Below, piece by piece: positions 44,121 to 59,000 of a stretch of 64,000 nt of DNA. The stretch comes from Auanema rhodensis (lineage: Eukaryota; Animalia; Nematoda): assembly GCA_964057225.1 (NCBI GenBank), contig OZ059900.1, positions 23,498,001 to 23,562,000 on the forward strand, in the 5' to 3' direction. A program made the translations under genes and the position numbers. Within the stretch, counting starts at the first letter, position 1. Every line of letters starts with the position of its first letter. The notes below the pieces were generated by a model. The model did no database searches. It saw only the letters and a list, made by a program, of their open reading frames with translations, and had not been told where the DNA came from.

Positions 44121-45146
44121 AAATATTTCTCATGGGAAATACTGTGTTTTTGTATTTTTCTAGTGTTCAGCATGTAAAATGCTTCATTTTAGTATGTAAC
44201 ACGCTGAAATTCGTTGCATTTGACGACTCATATGAACAAAAATCGATTTAATCAATATTAGCCATAAGGGGCGTGCCCTCAGAATATGCTAATTTCCTTA
44301 ATTTTCTAACCCCTGTTTTTTTGTCGTGAAAGTGGAACTAGACGTTGTACGAACAATTTTGAGCTAGGTTTCATTGACATTGCATGAGTTTGAACACATG
44401 AAATCGTAAGTCAAAACCTTGTTTACAGCGAAATTTCCAAAAACTGGTTTTCCAGCATAATAAAATATTTCTCATGGGAAATACTGTGTTTCTGTATTTT
44501 TCTAGTGTTCAGCATGTAAAATGCTTCATTTTAGTATGTAACACGCTAAAATTCGTTGCATTTGACGACTCATATGAACAAAAATCGATTTAATCAATAT
44601 TAGCCATAAGGGGCGTGCCCTCAGAATATGCTAATTTCCTTAATTTTCTAACCCCTGTTTTTTTGTCGTGAAAGTGGAACTAGACGTTGTACGAACAATT
44701 TTGAGCTAGGTTTCATTGACATTGCATGAGTTTGAACACATGAAATCGTAAGTCAAAACCTTGTTTACAGCGAAATTTCCAAAAACTGGTTTTCCAGCAT
44801 AATAAAATATTTCTCATGGGAAATACTGTGTTTTTGTATTTTTCTAGTGTTCAGCATGTAAAATGCTTCATTTTAGTATGTAACACGCTAAAATTCGTTG
44901 CATTTGACGACTCATATGAACAAAAATCGATTTAATCAATATTAGCCATAAGGGGCGTGCCCTCAGAATATGCTAATTTCCTTAATTTTCTAACCCCTGT
45001 TTTTTTGTCGTGAAAGTGGAACTAGACGTTGTACGAACAATTTTGAGCTAGGTTTCATTGACATTGCATGAGTTTGAACACATGAAATCGTAAGTCAAAA
45101 CCTTGTTTACAGCGAAATTTCCAAAAACTGGTTTTCCAGCATAATA

Positions 45147-48100
45147 AAATATTTCTTATGGGAAATACTGTGTTTTTGTATTTTTCTAGTGTTCAGCATG
45201 TAAAATACTTCATTTTAGTATGTAACACGCTGAAATTCGTTGCATTTGACGACTCATATGAACAAAAATCGATTTAATCAATATTAGCCATAAGGGGCGT
45301 GCCCTCAGAATATGCTAATTTCCTAAATTTTCTAACCCCTGTTTTTTTGTCGTGAAAGTGGAACTAGACGTTGTACGAACAGTTTTGAGCTAGGTTTCAT
45401 TGACATTGCATGAGTTTGAACACATGAAATCGTAAGTCAAAACCTTGTTTACAGCGAAATTTCCAAAAACTGGTTTTCCAGCATAATAAAATATTTCTTA
45501 TGGGAAATACTGTGTTTTTGTATTTTTCTAGTGTTCAGCATGTAAAATGCTTCATTTTAGTATGTAACACGCTGAAATTCGTTGCATTTGACGACTCATA
45601 TGAACAAAAATCGATTTAATCAATATTAGCCATAAGGGGCGTGCCCTCAGAATATGCTAATTTCCTTAATTTTCTAACCCCTGTTTTTTTGTCGTGAAAG
45701 TGGAATTAGACGTTGTAGGAACAATTTTGAGCTAGGTTTCATTGACATTGCATGAGTTTGAACACATGAAATCGTAAGTCAAAACCTTGTTTACAGCGAA
45801 ATTTCCAAAAACTGGTTTTCCAGCATAATAAAATATTTCTTATGGGAAATACTGTGTTTTTGTATTTTTCTAGTGTTCAGCATGTAAAATACTTCATTTT
45901 AGTATGTAACACGCTGAAATTCGTTGCATTTGACGACTCATATGAACAAAAATCGATTTAATCAATATTAGCCATAAGGGGCGTGCCCTCAGAATATGCT
46001 AATTTCCTAAATTTTCTAACCCCTGTTTTTTTGTCGTGAAAGTGGAACTAGACGTTGTACGAACAGTTTTGAGCTAGGTTTCATTGACATTGCATGAGTT
46101 TGAACACATGAAATCGTAAGTCAAAACCTTGTTTACAGCGAAATTTCCAAAAACTGGTTTTCCAGCATAATGAAATATTTCTTATGGGAAATACTGTGTT
46201 TTTGTATTTTTCTAGTGTTCAGCATGTAAAATGCTTCATTTTAGTATGTAACACGCTGAAATTCGTTGCATTTGACGACTCATATGAACAAAAATCGATT
46301 TAATCAATATTAGCCATAAGGGGCGTGCCCTCAGAATATGCTAATTTCCTTAATTTTCTAACCCCTGTTTTTTTGTCGTGAAAGTGGAATTAGACGTTGT
46401 AGGAACAATTTTGAGCTAGGTTTCATTGACATTGCATGAGTTTGAACACATGAAATCGTAAGTCAAAACCTTGTTTACAGCGAAATTTCCAAAAACTGGT
46501 TTTCCAGCATAATAAAATATTTCTCATGGGAAATACTGTGTTTTTGTATTTTTCTAGTGTTCAGCATGTAAAATACTTCATTTTAGTATGTAACACGCTG
46601 AAATTCGTTGCATTTGACGACTCATATGAACAAAAATCGATTTAATCAATATTAGCCATAAGGGGCGTGCCCTCAGAATATGCTAATTTCCTTAATTTTC
46701 TAACCCTTGTTTTTTTGTCGTGAAACTGGAACTAGACGTTGTACAAACAATTTTGAGCTAGGTTTCATTGACATTGCATGAGTTTGAACACATGAAATCG
46801 TAAGTCAAAACCTTGTTTACAGCGAAATTTCCAAAAACTGGTTTTCCAGCATAATAAAATATTTCTCATGGGAAATACTGTGTTTTTGTATTTTTCTAGT
46901 GTTCAGCATGTAAAATGCTTCATTTTAGTATGTAACACGCTGAAATTCGTTGCATTTGACGACTCATATGAACAAAAATCGATTTAATCAATATTAGCCA
47001 TAAGGGGCGTGCCCTCAGAATATGCTAATTTCCTTAATTTTCTAACCCCTGTTTTTTTGTCGTGAAAGTGGAACTAGACGTTGTACGAACAATTTTGAGC
47101 TAGGTTTCATTGACATTGCATGAGTTTGAACACATGAAATCGTAAGTCAAAACCTTGTTTACAGCGAAATTTCCAAAAACTGGTTTTCCAGCATAATAAA
47201 ATATTTCTCATGGGAAATACTGTGTTTCTGTATTTTTCTAGTGTTCAGCATGTAAAATGCTTCATTTTAGTATGTAACACGCTAAAATTCGTTGCATTTG
47301 ACGACTCATATGAACAAAAATCGATTTAATCAATATTAGCCATAAGGGGCGTGCCCTCAGAATATGCTAATTTCCTTAATTTTCTAACCCTTGTTTTTTT
47401 GTCGTGAAAGTGGAACTAGACGTTGTACGAACAATTTTGAGCTAGGTTTCATTGACATTGCATGAGTTTGAACACATGAAATCGTAAGTCAAAACCTTGT
47501 TTACAGCGAAATTTCCAAAAACTGGTTTTCCAGCATAATAAAATATTTCTCATGGGAAATACTGTGTTTTTGTATTTTTCTAGTGTTCAGCATGTAAAAT
47601 GCTTCATTTTAGTATGTAACACGCTGAAATTCGTTGCATTTGACGACTCATATGAACAAAAATCGATTTAATCAATATTAGCCATAAGGGGCGTGCCCTC
47701 AGAATATGCTAATTTCCTTAATTTTCTAACCCCTGTTTTTTTGTCGTGAAAGTGGAACTAGACGTTGTACGAACAATTTTGAGCTAGGTTTCATTGACAT
47801 TGCATGAGTTTGAACACATGAAATCGTAAGTCAAAACCTTGTTTACAGCGAAATTTCCAAAAACTGGTTTTCCAGCATAATAAAATATTTCTTATGGGAA
47901 ATACTGTGTTTTTGTATTTTTCTAGTGTTCAGCATGTAAAATGCTTCATTTTAGTATGTAACACGCTGAAATTCGTTGCATTTGACGACTCATATGAACA
48001 AAAATCGATTTAATCAATATTAGCCATAAGGGGCGTGCCCTCAGAATATGCTAATTTCCTTAATTTTCTAACCCCTGTTTTTTTGTCGTGAAAGTGGAAT

Positions 48101-51100
48101 TAGACGTTGTAGGAACAATTTTGAGCTAGGTTTCATTGACATTGCATGAGTTTGAACACATGAAATCGTAAGTCAAAACCTTGTTTACAGCGAAATTTCC
48201 AAAAACTGGTTTTCCAGCATAATAAAATATTTCTCATGGGAAATACTGTGTTTTTGTATTTTTCTAGTGTTCAGCATGTAAAATACTTCATTTTAGTATG
48301 TAACACGCTGAAATTCGTTGCATTTGACGACTCATATGAACAAAAATCGATTTAATCAATATTAGCCATAAGGGGCGTGCCCTCAGAATATGCTAATTTC
48401 CTTAATTTTCTAACCCTTGTTTTTTTGTCGTGAAACTGGAACTAGACGTTGTACAAACAATTTTGAGCTAGGTTTCATTGACATTGCATGAGTTTGAACA
48501 CATGAAATCGTAAGTCAAAACCTTGTTTACAGCGAAATTTCCAAAAACTGGTTTTCCAGCATAATAAAATATTTCTCATGGGAAATACTGTGTTTTTGTA
48601 TTTTTCTAGTGTTCAGCATGTAAAATGCTTCATTTTAGTATGTAACACGCTGAAATTCGTTGCATTTGACGACTCATATGAACAAAAATCGATTTAATCA
48701 ATATTAGCCATAAGGGGCGTGCCCTCAGAATATGCTAATTTCCTTAATTTTCTAACCCCTGTTTTTTTGTCGTGAAAGTGGAACTAGACGTTGTACGAAC
48801 AATTTTGAGCTAGGTTTCATTGACATTGCATGAGTTTGAACACATGAAATCGTAAGTCAAAACCTTGTTTACAGCGAAATTTCCAAAAACTGGTTTTCCA
48901 GCATAATAAAATATTTCTCATGGGAAATACTGTGTTTCTGTATTTTTCTAGTGTTCAGCATGTAAAATGCTTCATTTTAGTATGTAACACGCTAAAATTC
49001 GTTGCATTTGACGACTCATATGAACAAAAATCGATTTAATCAATATTAGCCATAAGGGGCGTGCCCTCAGAATATGCTAATTTCCTTAATTTTCTAACCC
49101 CTGTTTTTTTGTCGTGAAAGTGGAACTAGACGTTGTACGAACAATTTTGAGCTAGGTTTCATTGACATTGCATGAGTTTGAACACATGAAATCGTAAGTC
49201 AAAACCTTGTTTACAGCGAAATTTCCAAAAACTGGTTTTCCAGCATAATAAAATATTTCTCATGGGAAATACTGTGTTTTTGTATTTTTCTAGTGTTCAG
49301 CATGTAAAATGCTTCATTTTAGTATGTAACACGCTAAAATTTGTTGCATTTGACGACTCATATGAACAAAAATCGATTTAATCAATATTAGCCATAAGGG
49401 GCGTGCCCTCAGAATATGCTAATTTCCTTAATTTTCTAACCCCTGTTTTTTTGTCGTGAAAGTGGAACTAGACGTTGTACGAACAATTTTGAGCTAGGTT
49501 TCATTGACATTGCATGAGTTTGAACACATGAAATCGTAAGTCAAAACCTTGTTTACAGCGAAATTTCCAAAAACTGGTTTTCCAGCATAATAAAATATTT
49601 CTCATGGGAAATACTGTGTTTTTGTATTTTTCTAGTGTTCAGCATGTAAAATGCTTCATTTTAGTATGTAACACGCTAAAATTCGTTGCATTTGACGACT
49701 CATATGAACAAAAATCGATTTAATCAATATTAGCCATAAGAGGCGTGCCCTCAGAATATGCTAATTTCCTTAATTTTCTAACCCCTGTTTTTTTGTCGTG
49801 AAAGTGGAACTAGACGTTGTACGAACAATTTTGAGCTAGGTTTCATTGACATTGCATGAGTTTGAACACATGAAATCGTAAGTCAAAACCTTGTTTACAG
49901 CGAAATTTCCAAAAACTGGTTTTCCAGCATAATAAAATATTTCTCATGGGAAATACTGTGTTTTTGTATTTTTCTAGTGTTCAGCATGTAAAATGCTTCA
50001 TTTTAGTATGTAACACGCTAAAATTCGTTGCATTTGACGACTCATATGAACAAAAATCGATTTAATCAATATTAGTCATAAGGGGCGTGCCCTCAGAATA
50101 TGCTAATTTCCTTAATTTTCTAACCCCTGTTTTTTTGTCGTGAAAGTGGAACTAGACGTTGTACGAACAATTTTGAGCTAGGTTTCATTGACATTGCATG
50201 AGTTTGAACACATGAAATCGTAAGTCAAAACCTTGTTTACAGCGAAATTTCCAAAAACTGGTTTTCCAGCATAATAAAATATTTCTCATGGGAAATACTG
50301 TGTTTTTGTATTTTTCTAGTGTTCAGCATGTAAAATGCTTCATTTTAGTATGTAACACGCTGAAATTCGTTGCATTTGACGACTCATATGAACAAAAATC
50401 GATTTAATCAATATTAGCCATAAGGGGCGTGCCCTCAGAATATGCTAATTTCCTTAATTTTCTAACCCCTGTTTTTTTGTCGTGAAAGTGGAACTAGACG
50501 TTATACAAACAATTTTGAGCTAGGTTTCATTGACATTGCATGAGTTTGAACACATGAAATCGTAAGTCAAAACCTTGTTTACAGCGAAATTTCCAAAAAC
50601 TGGTTTTCCAGCATAATAAAATATTTCTTATGGGAAATACTGTGTTTTTGTATTTTTCTAGTGTTCAGCATGTAAAATACTTCATTTTAGTATGTAACAC
50701 GCTGAAATTCGTTGCATTTGACGACTCATATGAACAAAAATCGATTTAATCAATATTAGCCATAAGGGGCGTGCCCTCAGAATATGCTAATTTCCTAAAT
50801 TTTCTAACCCCTGTTTTTTTGTCGTGAAAGTGGAACTAGACGTTGTACGAACAGTTTTGAGCTAGGTTTCATTGACATTGCATGAGTTTGAACACATGAA
50901 ATCGTAAGTCAAAACCTTGTTTACAGCGAAATTTCCAAAAACTGGTTTTCCAGCATAATAAAATATTTCTTATGGGAAATACTGTGTTTTTGTATTTTTC
51001 TAGTGTTCAGCATGTAAAATGCTTCATTTTAGTATGTAACACGCTGAAATTCGTTGCATTTGACGACTCATATGAACAAAAATCGATTTAATCAATATTA

Positions 51101-54100
51101 GCCATAAGGGGCGTGCCCTCAGAATATGCTAATTTCCTTAATTTTCTAACCCCTGTTTTTTTGTCGTGAAAGTGGAATTAGACGTTGTAGGAACAATTTT
51201 GAGCTAGGTTTCATTGACATTGCATGAGTTTGAACACATGAAATCGTAAGTCAAAACCTTGTTTACAGCGAAATTTCCAAAAACTGGTTTTCCAGCATAA
51301 TAAAATATTTCTTATGGGAAATACTGTGTTTTTGTATTTTTCTAGTGTTCAGCATGTAAAATACTTCATTTTAGTATGTAACACGCTGAAATTCGTTGCA
51401 TTTGACGACTCATATGAACAAAAATCGATTTAATCAATATTAGCCATAAGGGGCGTGCCCTCAGAATATGCTAATTTCCTAAATTTTCTAACCCCTGTTT
51501 TTTTGTCGTGAAAGTGGAACTAGACGTTGTACGAACAGTTTTGAGCTAGGTTTCATTGACATTGCATGAGTTTGAACACATGAAATCGTAAGTCAAAACC
51601 TTGTTTACAGCGAAATTTCCAAAAACTGGTTTTCCAGCATAATGAAATATTTCTTATGGGAAATACTGTGTTTTTGTATTTTTCTAGTGTTCAGCATGTA
51701 AAATGCTTCATTTTAGTATGTAACACGCTGAAATTCGTTGCATTTGACGACTCATATGAACAAAAATCGATTTAATCAATATTAGCCATAAGGGGCGTGC
51801 CCTCAGAATATGCTAATTTCCTTAATTTTCTAACCCCTGTTTTTTTGTCGTGAAAGTGGAATTAGACGTTGTAGGAACAATTTTGAGCTAGGTTTCATTG
51901 ACATTGCATGAGTTTGAACACATGAAATCGTAAGTCAAAACCTTGTTTACAGCGAAATTTCCAAAAACTGGTTTTCCAGCATAATAAAATATTTCTCATG
52001 GGAAATACTGTGTTTTTGTATTTTTCTAGTGTTCAGCATGTAAAATACTTCATTTTAGTATGTAACACGCTGAAATTCGTTGCATTTGACGACTCATATG
52101 AACAAAAATCGATTTAATCAATATTAGCCATAAGGGGCGTGCCCTCAGAATATGCTAATTTCCTTAATTTTCTAACCCTTGTTTTTTTGTCGTGAAACTG
52201 GAACTAGACGTTGTACAAACAATTTTGAGCTAGGTTTCATTGACATTGCATGAGTTTGAACACATGAAATCGTAAGTCAAAACCTTGTTTACAGCGAAAT
52301 TTCCAAAAACTGGTTTTCCAGCATAATAAAATATTTCTCATGGGAAATACTGTGTTTTTGTATTTTTCTAGTGTTCAGCATGTAAAATGCTTCATTTTAG
52401 TATGTAACACGCTGAAATTCGTTGCATTTGACGACTCATATGAACAAAAATCGATTTAATCAATATTAGCCATAAGGGGCGTGCCCTCAGAATATGCTAA
52501 TTTCCTTAATTTTCTAACCCCTGTTTTTTTGTCGTGAAAGTGGAACTAGACGTTGTACGAACAATTTTGAGCTAGGTTTCATTGACATTGCATGAGTTTG
52601 AACACATGAAATCGTAAGTCAAAACCTTGTTTACAGCGAAATTTCCAAAAACTGGTTTTCCAGCATAATAAAATATTTCTCATGGGAAATACTGTGTTTC
52701 TGTATTTTTCTAGTGTTCAGCATGTAAAATGCTTCATTTTAGTATGTAACACGCTAAAATTCGTTGCATTTGACGACTCATATGAACAAAAATCGATTTA
52801 ATCAATATTAGCCATAAGGGGCGTGCCCTCAGAATATGCTAATTTCCTTAATTTTCTAACCCTTGTTTTTTTGTCGTGAAAGTGGAACTAGACGTTGTAC
52901 GAACAATTTTGAGCTAGGTTTCATTGACATTGCATGAGTTTGAACACATGAAATCGTAAGTCAAAACCTTGTTTACAGCGAAATTTCCAAAAACTGGTTT
53001 TCCAGCATAATAAAATATTTCTCATGGGAAATACTGTGTTTTTGTATTTTTCTAGTGTTCAGCATGTAAAATGCTTCATTTTAGTATGTAACACGCTGAA
53101 ATTCGTTGCATTTGACGACTCATATGAACAAAAATCGATTTAATCAATATTAGCCATAAGGGGCGTGCCCTCAGAATATGCTAATTTCCTTAATTTTCTA
53201 ACCCCTGTTTTTTTGTCGTGAAAGTGGAACTAGACGTTGTACGAACAATTTTGAGCTAGGTTTCATTGACATTGCATGAGTTTGAACACATGAAATCGTA
53301 AGTCAAAACCTTGTTTACAGCGAAATTTCCAAAAACTGGTTTTCCAGCATAATAAAATATTTCTTATGGGAAATACTGTGTTTTTGTATTTTTCTAGTGT
53401 TCAGCATGTAAAATGCTTCATTTTAGTATGTAACACGCTGAAATTCGTTGCATTTGACGACTCATATGAACAAAAATCGATTTAATCAATATTAGCCATA
53501 AGGGGCGTGCCCTCAGAATATGCTAATTTCCTTAATTTTCTAACCCCTGTTTTTTTGTCGTGAAAGTGGAATTAGACGTTGTAGGAACAATTTTGAGCTA
53601 GGTTTCATTGACATTGCATGAGTTTGAACACATGAAATCGTAAGTCAAAACCTTGTTTACAGCGAAATTTCCAAAAACTGGTTTTCCAGCATAATAAAAT
53701 ATTTCTCATGGGAAATACTGTGTTTTTGTATTTTTCTAGTGTTCAGCATGTAAAATACTTCATTTTAGTATGTAACACGCTGAAATTCGTTGCATTTGAC
53801 GACTCATATGAACAAAAATCGATTTAATCAATATTAGCCATAAGGGGCGTGCCCTCAGAATATGCTAATTTCCTTAATTTTCTAACCCTTGTTTTTTTGT
53901 CGTGAAACTGGAACTAGACGTTGTACAAACAATTTTGAGCTAGGTTTCATTGACATTGCATGAGTTTGAACACATGAAATCGTAAGTCAAAACCTTGTTT
54001 ACAGCGAAATTTCCAAAAACTGGTTTTCCAGCATAATAAAATATTTCTCATGGGAAATACTGTGTTTTTGTATTTTTCTAGTGTTCAGCATGTAAAATGC

Positions 54101-56090
54101 TTCATTTTAGTATGTAACACGCTGAAATTCGTTGCATTTGACGACTCATATGAACAAAAATCGATTTAATCAATATTAGCCATAAGGGGCGTGCCCTCAG
54201 AATATGCTAATTTCCTTAATTTTCTAACCCCTGTTTTTTTGTCGTGAAAGTGGAACTAGACGTTGTACGAACAATTTTGAGCTAGGTTTCATTGACATTG
54301 CATGAGTTTGAACACATGAAATCGTAAGTCAAAACCTTGTTTACAGCGAAATTTCCAAAAACTGGTTTTCCAGCATAATAAAATATTTCTCATGGGAAAT
54401 ACTGTGTTTCTGTATTTTTCTAGTGTTCAGCATGTAAAATGCTTCATTTTAGTATGTAACACGCTAAAATTCGTTGCATTTGACGACTCATATGAACAAA
54501 AATCGATTTAATCAATATTAGCCATAAGGGGCGTGCCCTCAGAATATGCTAATTTCCTTAATTTTCTAACCCCTGTTTTTTTGTCGTGAAAGTGGAACTA
54601 GACGTTGTACGAACAATTTTGAGCTAGGTTTCATTGACATTGCATGAGTTTGAACACATGAAATCGTAAGTCAAAACCTTGTTTACAGCGAAATTTCCAA
54701 AAACTGGTTTTCCAGCATAATAAAATATTTCTCATGGGAAATACTGTGTTTTTGTATTTTTCTAGTGTTCAGCATGTAAAATGCTTCATTTTAGTATGTA
54801 ACACGCTAAAATTTGTTGCATTTGACGACTCATATGAACAAAAATCGATTTAATCAATATTAGCCATAAGGGGCGTGCCCTCAGAATATGCTAATTTCCT
54901 TAATTTTCTAACCCCTGTTTTTTTGTCGTGAAAGTGGAACTAGACGTTGTACGAACAATTTTGAGCTAGGTTTCATTGACATTGCATGAGTTTGAACACA
55001 TGAAATCGTAAGTCAAAACCTTGTTTACAGCGAAATTTCCAAAAACTGGTTTTCCAGCATAATAAAATATTTCTCATGGGAAATACTGTGTTTTTGTATT
55101 TTTCTAGTGTTCAGCATGTAAAATGCTTCATTTTAGTATGTAACACGCTAAAATTCGTTGCATTTGACGACTCATATGAACAAAAATCGATTTAATCAAT
55201 ATTAGCCATAAGAGGCGTGCCCTCAGAATATGCTAATTTCCTTAATTTTCTAACCCCTGTTTTTTTGTCGTGAAAGTGGAACTAGACGTTGTACGAACAA
55301 TTTTGAGCTAGGTTTCATTGACATTGCATGAGTTTGAACACATGAAATCGTAAGTCAAAACCTTGTTTACAGCGAAATTTCCAAAAACTGGTTTTCCAGC
55401 ATAATAAAATATTTCTCATGGGAAATACTGTGTTTTTGTATTTTTCTAGTGTTCAGCATGTAAAATGCTTCATTTTAGTATGTAACACGCTAAAATTCGT
55501 TGCATTTGACGACTCATATGAACAAAAATCGATTTAATCAATATTAGTCATAAGGGGCGTGCCCTCAGAATATGCTAATTTCCTTAATTTTCTAACCCCT
55601 GTTTTTTTGTCGTGAAAGTGGAACTAGACGTTGTACGAACAATTTTGAGCTAGGTTTCATTGACATTGCATGAGTTTGAACACATGAAATCGTAAGTCAA
55701 AACCTTGTTTACAGCGAAATTTCCAAAAACTGGTTTTCCAGCATAATAAAATATTTCTCATGGGAAATACTGTGTTTTTGTATTTTTCTAGTGTTCAGCA
55801 TGTAAAATGCTTCATTTTAGTATGTAACACGCTGAAATTCGTTGCATTTGACGACTCATATGAACAAAAATCGATTTAATCAATATTAGCCATAAGGGGC
55901 GTGCCCTCAGAATATGCTAATTTCCTTAATTTTCTAACCCCTGTTTTTTTGTCGTGAAAGTGGAACTAGACGTTATACAAACAATTTTGAGCTAGGTTTC
56001 ATTGACATTGCATGAGTTTGAACACATGAAATCGTAAGTCAAAACCTTGTTTACAGCGAAATTTCCAAAAACTGGTTTTCCAGCATAATA
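45147..56090 (+). repeat. Tandem duplication of a 16-mer block (5,472 bp x 2: 45147-50618 and 50619-56090)
   Basis: Rare variants recur exactly 5,472 bp apart: AATGAAAT (46172 / 51644), GTTTCTG+ACCCTTG monomer (47199 / 52671), AAATTTGTT (49251 / 54723), AGAGGCG (49593 / 55065), TTATACAAAC (50277 / 55749). Positions are monomer starts except the first pair. Confidence 0.92.
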
Positions 56091-59000
56091 AAATATTTCT
56101 CATGGGAAATACTGTGTTTTTGTATTTTTCTAGTGTTCAGCATGTAAAATACTTCATTTTAGTATGTAACACGCTGAAATTCGTTGCATTTGACGACTCA
56201 TATGAACAAAAATCGATTTAATCAATATAAGCCATAAGGGGCGTGCCCTCAGAATATGCTAATTTCCTTAATTTTCTAACCCCTGTTTTTTGTCGTGAAA
56301 GTGGAACTAGACGTTGTAGGAACAATTTTGAGCTAGGTTTCATTGACATTGCATGAGTTTGAACACATGAAATCGTAAGTCAAAACCTTGTTTACAGCGA
56401 AATTTCCAAAAACTGGTTTTCCAGCATAATAAAATATTTCTCATGGGAAATACTGTGTTTTTGTATTTTTCTAGTGTTCAGCATGTAAAATACTTCATTT
56501 TAGTATGTAACACGCTGAAATTCGTTGCATTTGACTACTCATATGAACAAAAATCGATTTAATCAATATTAGTCATAAGGGGCGTGCCCTCAGAATATGC
56601 TAATTTCCTTAATTTTCTAACCCCTGTTTTTTTGTCGTGAAAGTGGAACTAGACGTTGTACGAACAATTTTGAGCTAGGTTTCATTGACATTGCATGAGT
56701 TTGAACACATGAAATCGTAAGTCAAAACCTTGTTTACAGCGAAATTTCCAAAAACTGGTTTTCCAGCATAATAAAATATTTCTCATGGGAAATACTGTGT
56801 TTTTGTATTTTTCTAGTGTTCAGCATGTAAAATGCTTCATTTTAGTATGTAACACGCTGAAATTCGTTGCATTTGACGACTCATATGAACAAAAATCGAT
56901 TTAATCAATATTAGCCATAAGGGGCGTGCCCTCAGAATATGCTAATTTCCTTAATTTTCTAACCCCTTTTTTTTTGTCGTGAAAGTGGAACTAGACGTTG
57001 TACGAACAATTTTGAGCTAGGTTTCATTGACATTGCATGAGTTTGAGCACATGAAATCGTAAGTCAAAACCTTGTTTACAGCGAAATTTCCAAAAACTGG
57101 TTTTCCAGCATAATAAAATATTTCTCATGGGAAATACTGTGTTTTTGTATTTTTCTAGTGTTCAGCATGTAAAATGCTTCATTTTAGTATGTAACACGCT
57201 AAAATTCGTTGCATTTAACGACTCATATGAACAAAAATCGATTTAATCAATATTAGCCATAAGAGGCGTGCCCTCAGAATATGCTAATTTCCTTAATTTT
57301 CTAACCCCTGTTTTTTTGTCGTGAAAGTGGAACTAGACGTTGTACGAACAATTTTGAGCTAGGTTTCATTGACATTGCATGAGTTTGAACACATGAAATC
57401 GTAAGTCAAAACCTTGTTTACAGCGAAATTTCCAAAAACTGGTTTTCCAGCATAATAAAATATTTCTCATGGGAAATACTGTGTTTTTGTATTTTTCTAG
57501 TGTTCAGCATGTAAAATACTTCATTTTAGTATGTAACACGCTAAAATTCGTTGCATGTGACTACTCATATGAACAAAAATCGATTTAATCAATATTAGTC
57601 ATAAGGGGCGTGCCCTCAGAATATGCTAATTTCCTTAATTTTCTAACCCCTGTTTTTTTGTCGTGAAAGTGGAACTAGACGTTGTACGAACAATTTTGAG
57701 CTAGGTTTCATTGACATTGCATGAGTTTGAACACATGAAATCGTAAGTCAAAACCTTGTTTACAGCGAAATTTCCAAAAACTGGTTTTCCAGCATAATAA
57801 AATATTTCTCATGGGAAATACTGTGTTTTTGTATTTTTCTAGTGTTCAGCATGTAAAATGCTTCATTTTAGTATGTAACACGCTGAAATTCGTTGCATTT
57901 GACGACTCATATGAACAAAAATCGATTTAATCAATATTAGCCATAAGGGGCGTGCCCTCAGAATATGCTAATTTCCTTAATTTTCTAACCCCTTTTTTTT
58001 TGTCGTGAAAGTGGAACTAGACGTTGTACGAACAATTTTGAGCTAGGTTTCATTGACATTGCATGAGTTTGAACACATGAAATCGTAAGTCAAAACCTTG
58101 TTTACAGCGAAATTTCCAAAAACTGGTTTTCCAGCATAATAAAATATTTCTCATGGGAAATACTGTGTTTTTGTATTTTTCTAGTGTTCAGCATGTAAAA
58201 TACTTCATTTTAGTATGTAACACGCTAAAATTCGTTGCATTTAACGACTCATATGAACAAAAATCGATTTAATCAATATTAGCCATAAGAGGCGTGCCCT
58301 CAGAATATGCTAATTTCCTTAATTTTCTAACCCCTGTTTTTTTGTCGTGAAAGTGGAACTAGACGTTGTAGGAACAATTTTGAGCTAGGTTTCATTGACA
58401 TTGCATGAGTTTGAACACATGAAATCGTAAGTCAAAACCTTGTTTACAGCGAAATTTCCAAAAACTGGTTTTCCAGCATAATAAAATATTTCTCATGGGA
58501 AATACTGTGTTTTTGTATTTTTCTAGTGTTCAGCATGTAAAATGCTTCATTTTAGTATGTAACACGCTAAAATTCGTTGCATTTGACGACTCATATGAAC
58601 AAAAATCGATTTAATCAATATTAGTCATAAGGGGCGTGCCCTCAGAATATGCTAATTTCCTTAATTTTCTAACCCCTGTTTTTTTGTCGTGAAAGTGGAA
58701 CTAGACGTTGTACGAACAATTTTGAGCTAGGTTTCATTGACATTGCATGAGTTTGAACACATGAAATCGTAAGTCAAAACCTTGTTTACAGCGAAATTTC
58801 CAAAAACTGGTTTTCCAGCATAATAAAATATTTCTCATGGGAAATACTGTGTTTTTGTATTTTTCTAGTGTTCAGCATGTAAAATGCTTCATTTTAGTAT
58901 GTAACACGCTGAAATTCGTTGCATTTGACGACTCATATGAACAAAAATCGATTTAATCAATATTAGCCATAAGGGGCGTGCCCTCAGAATATGCTAATTT

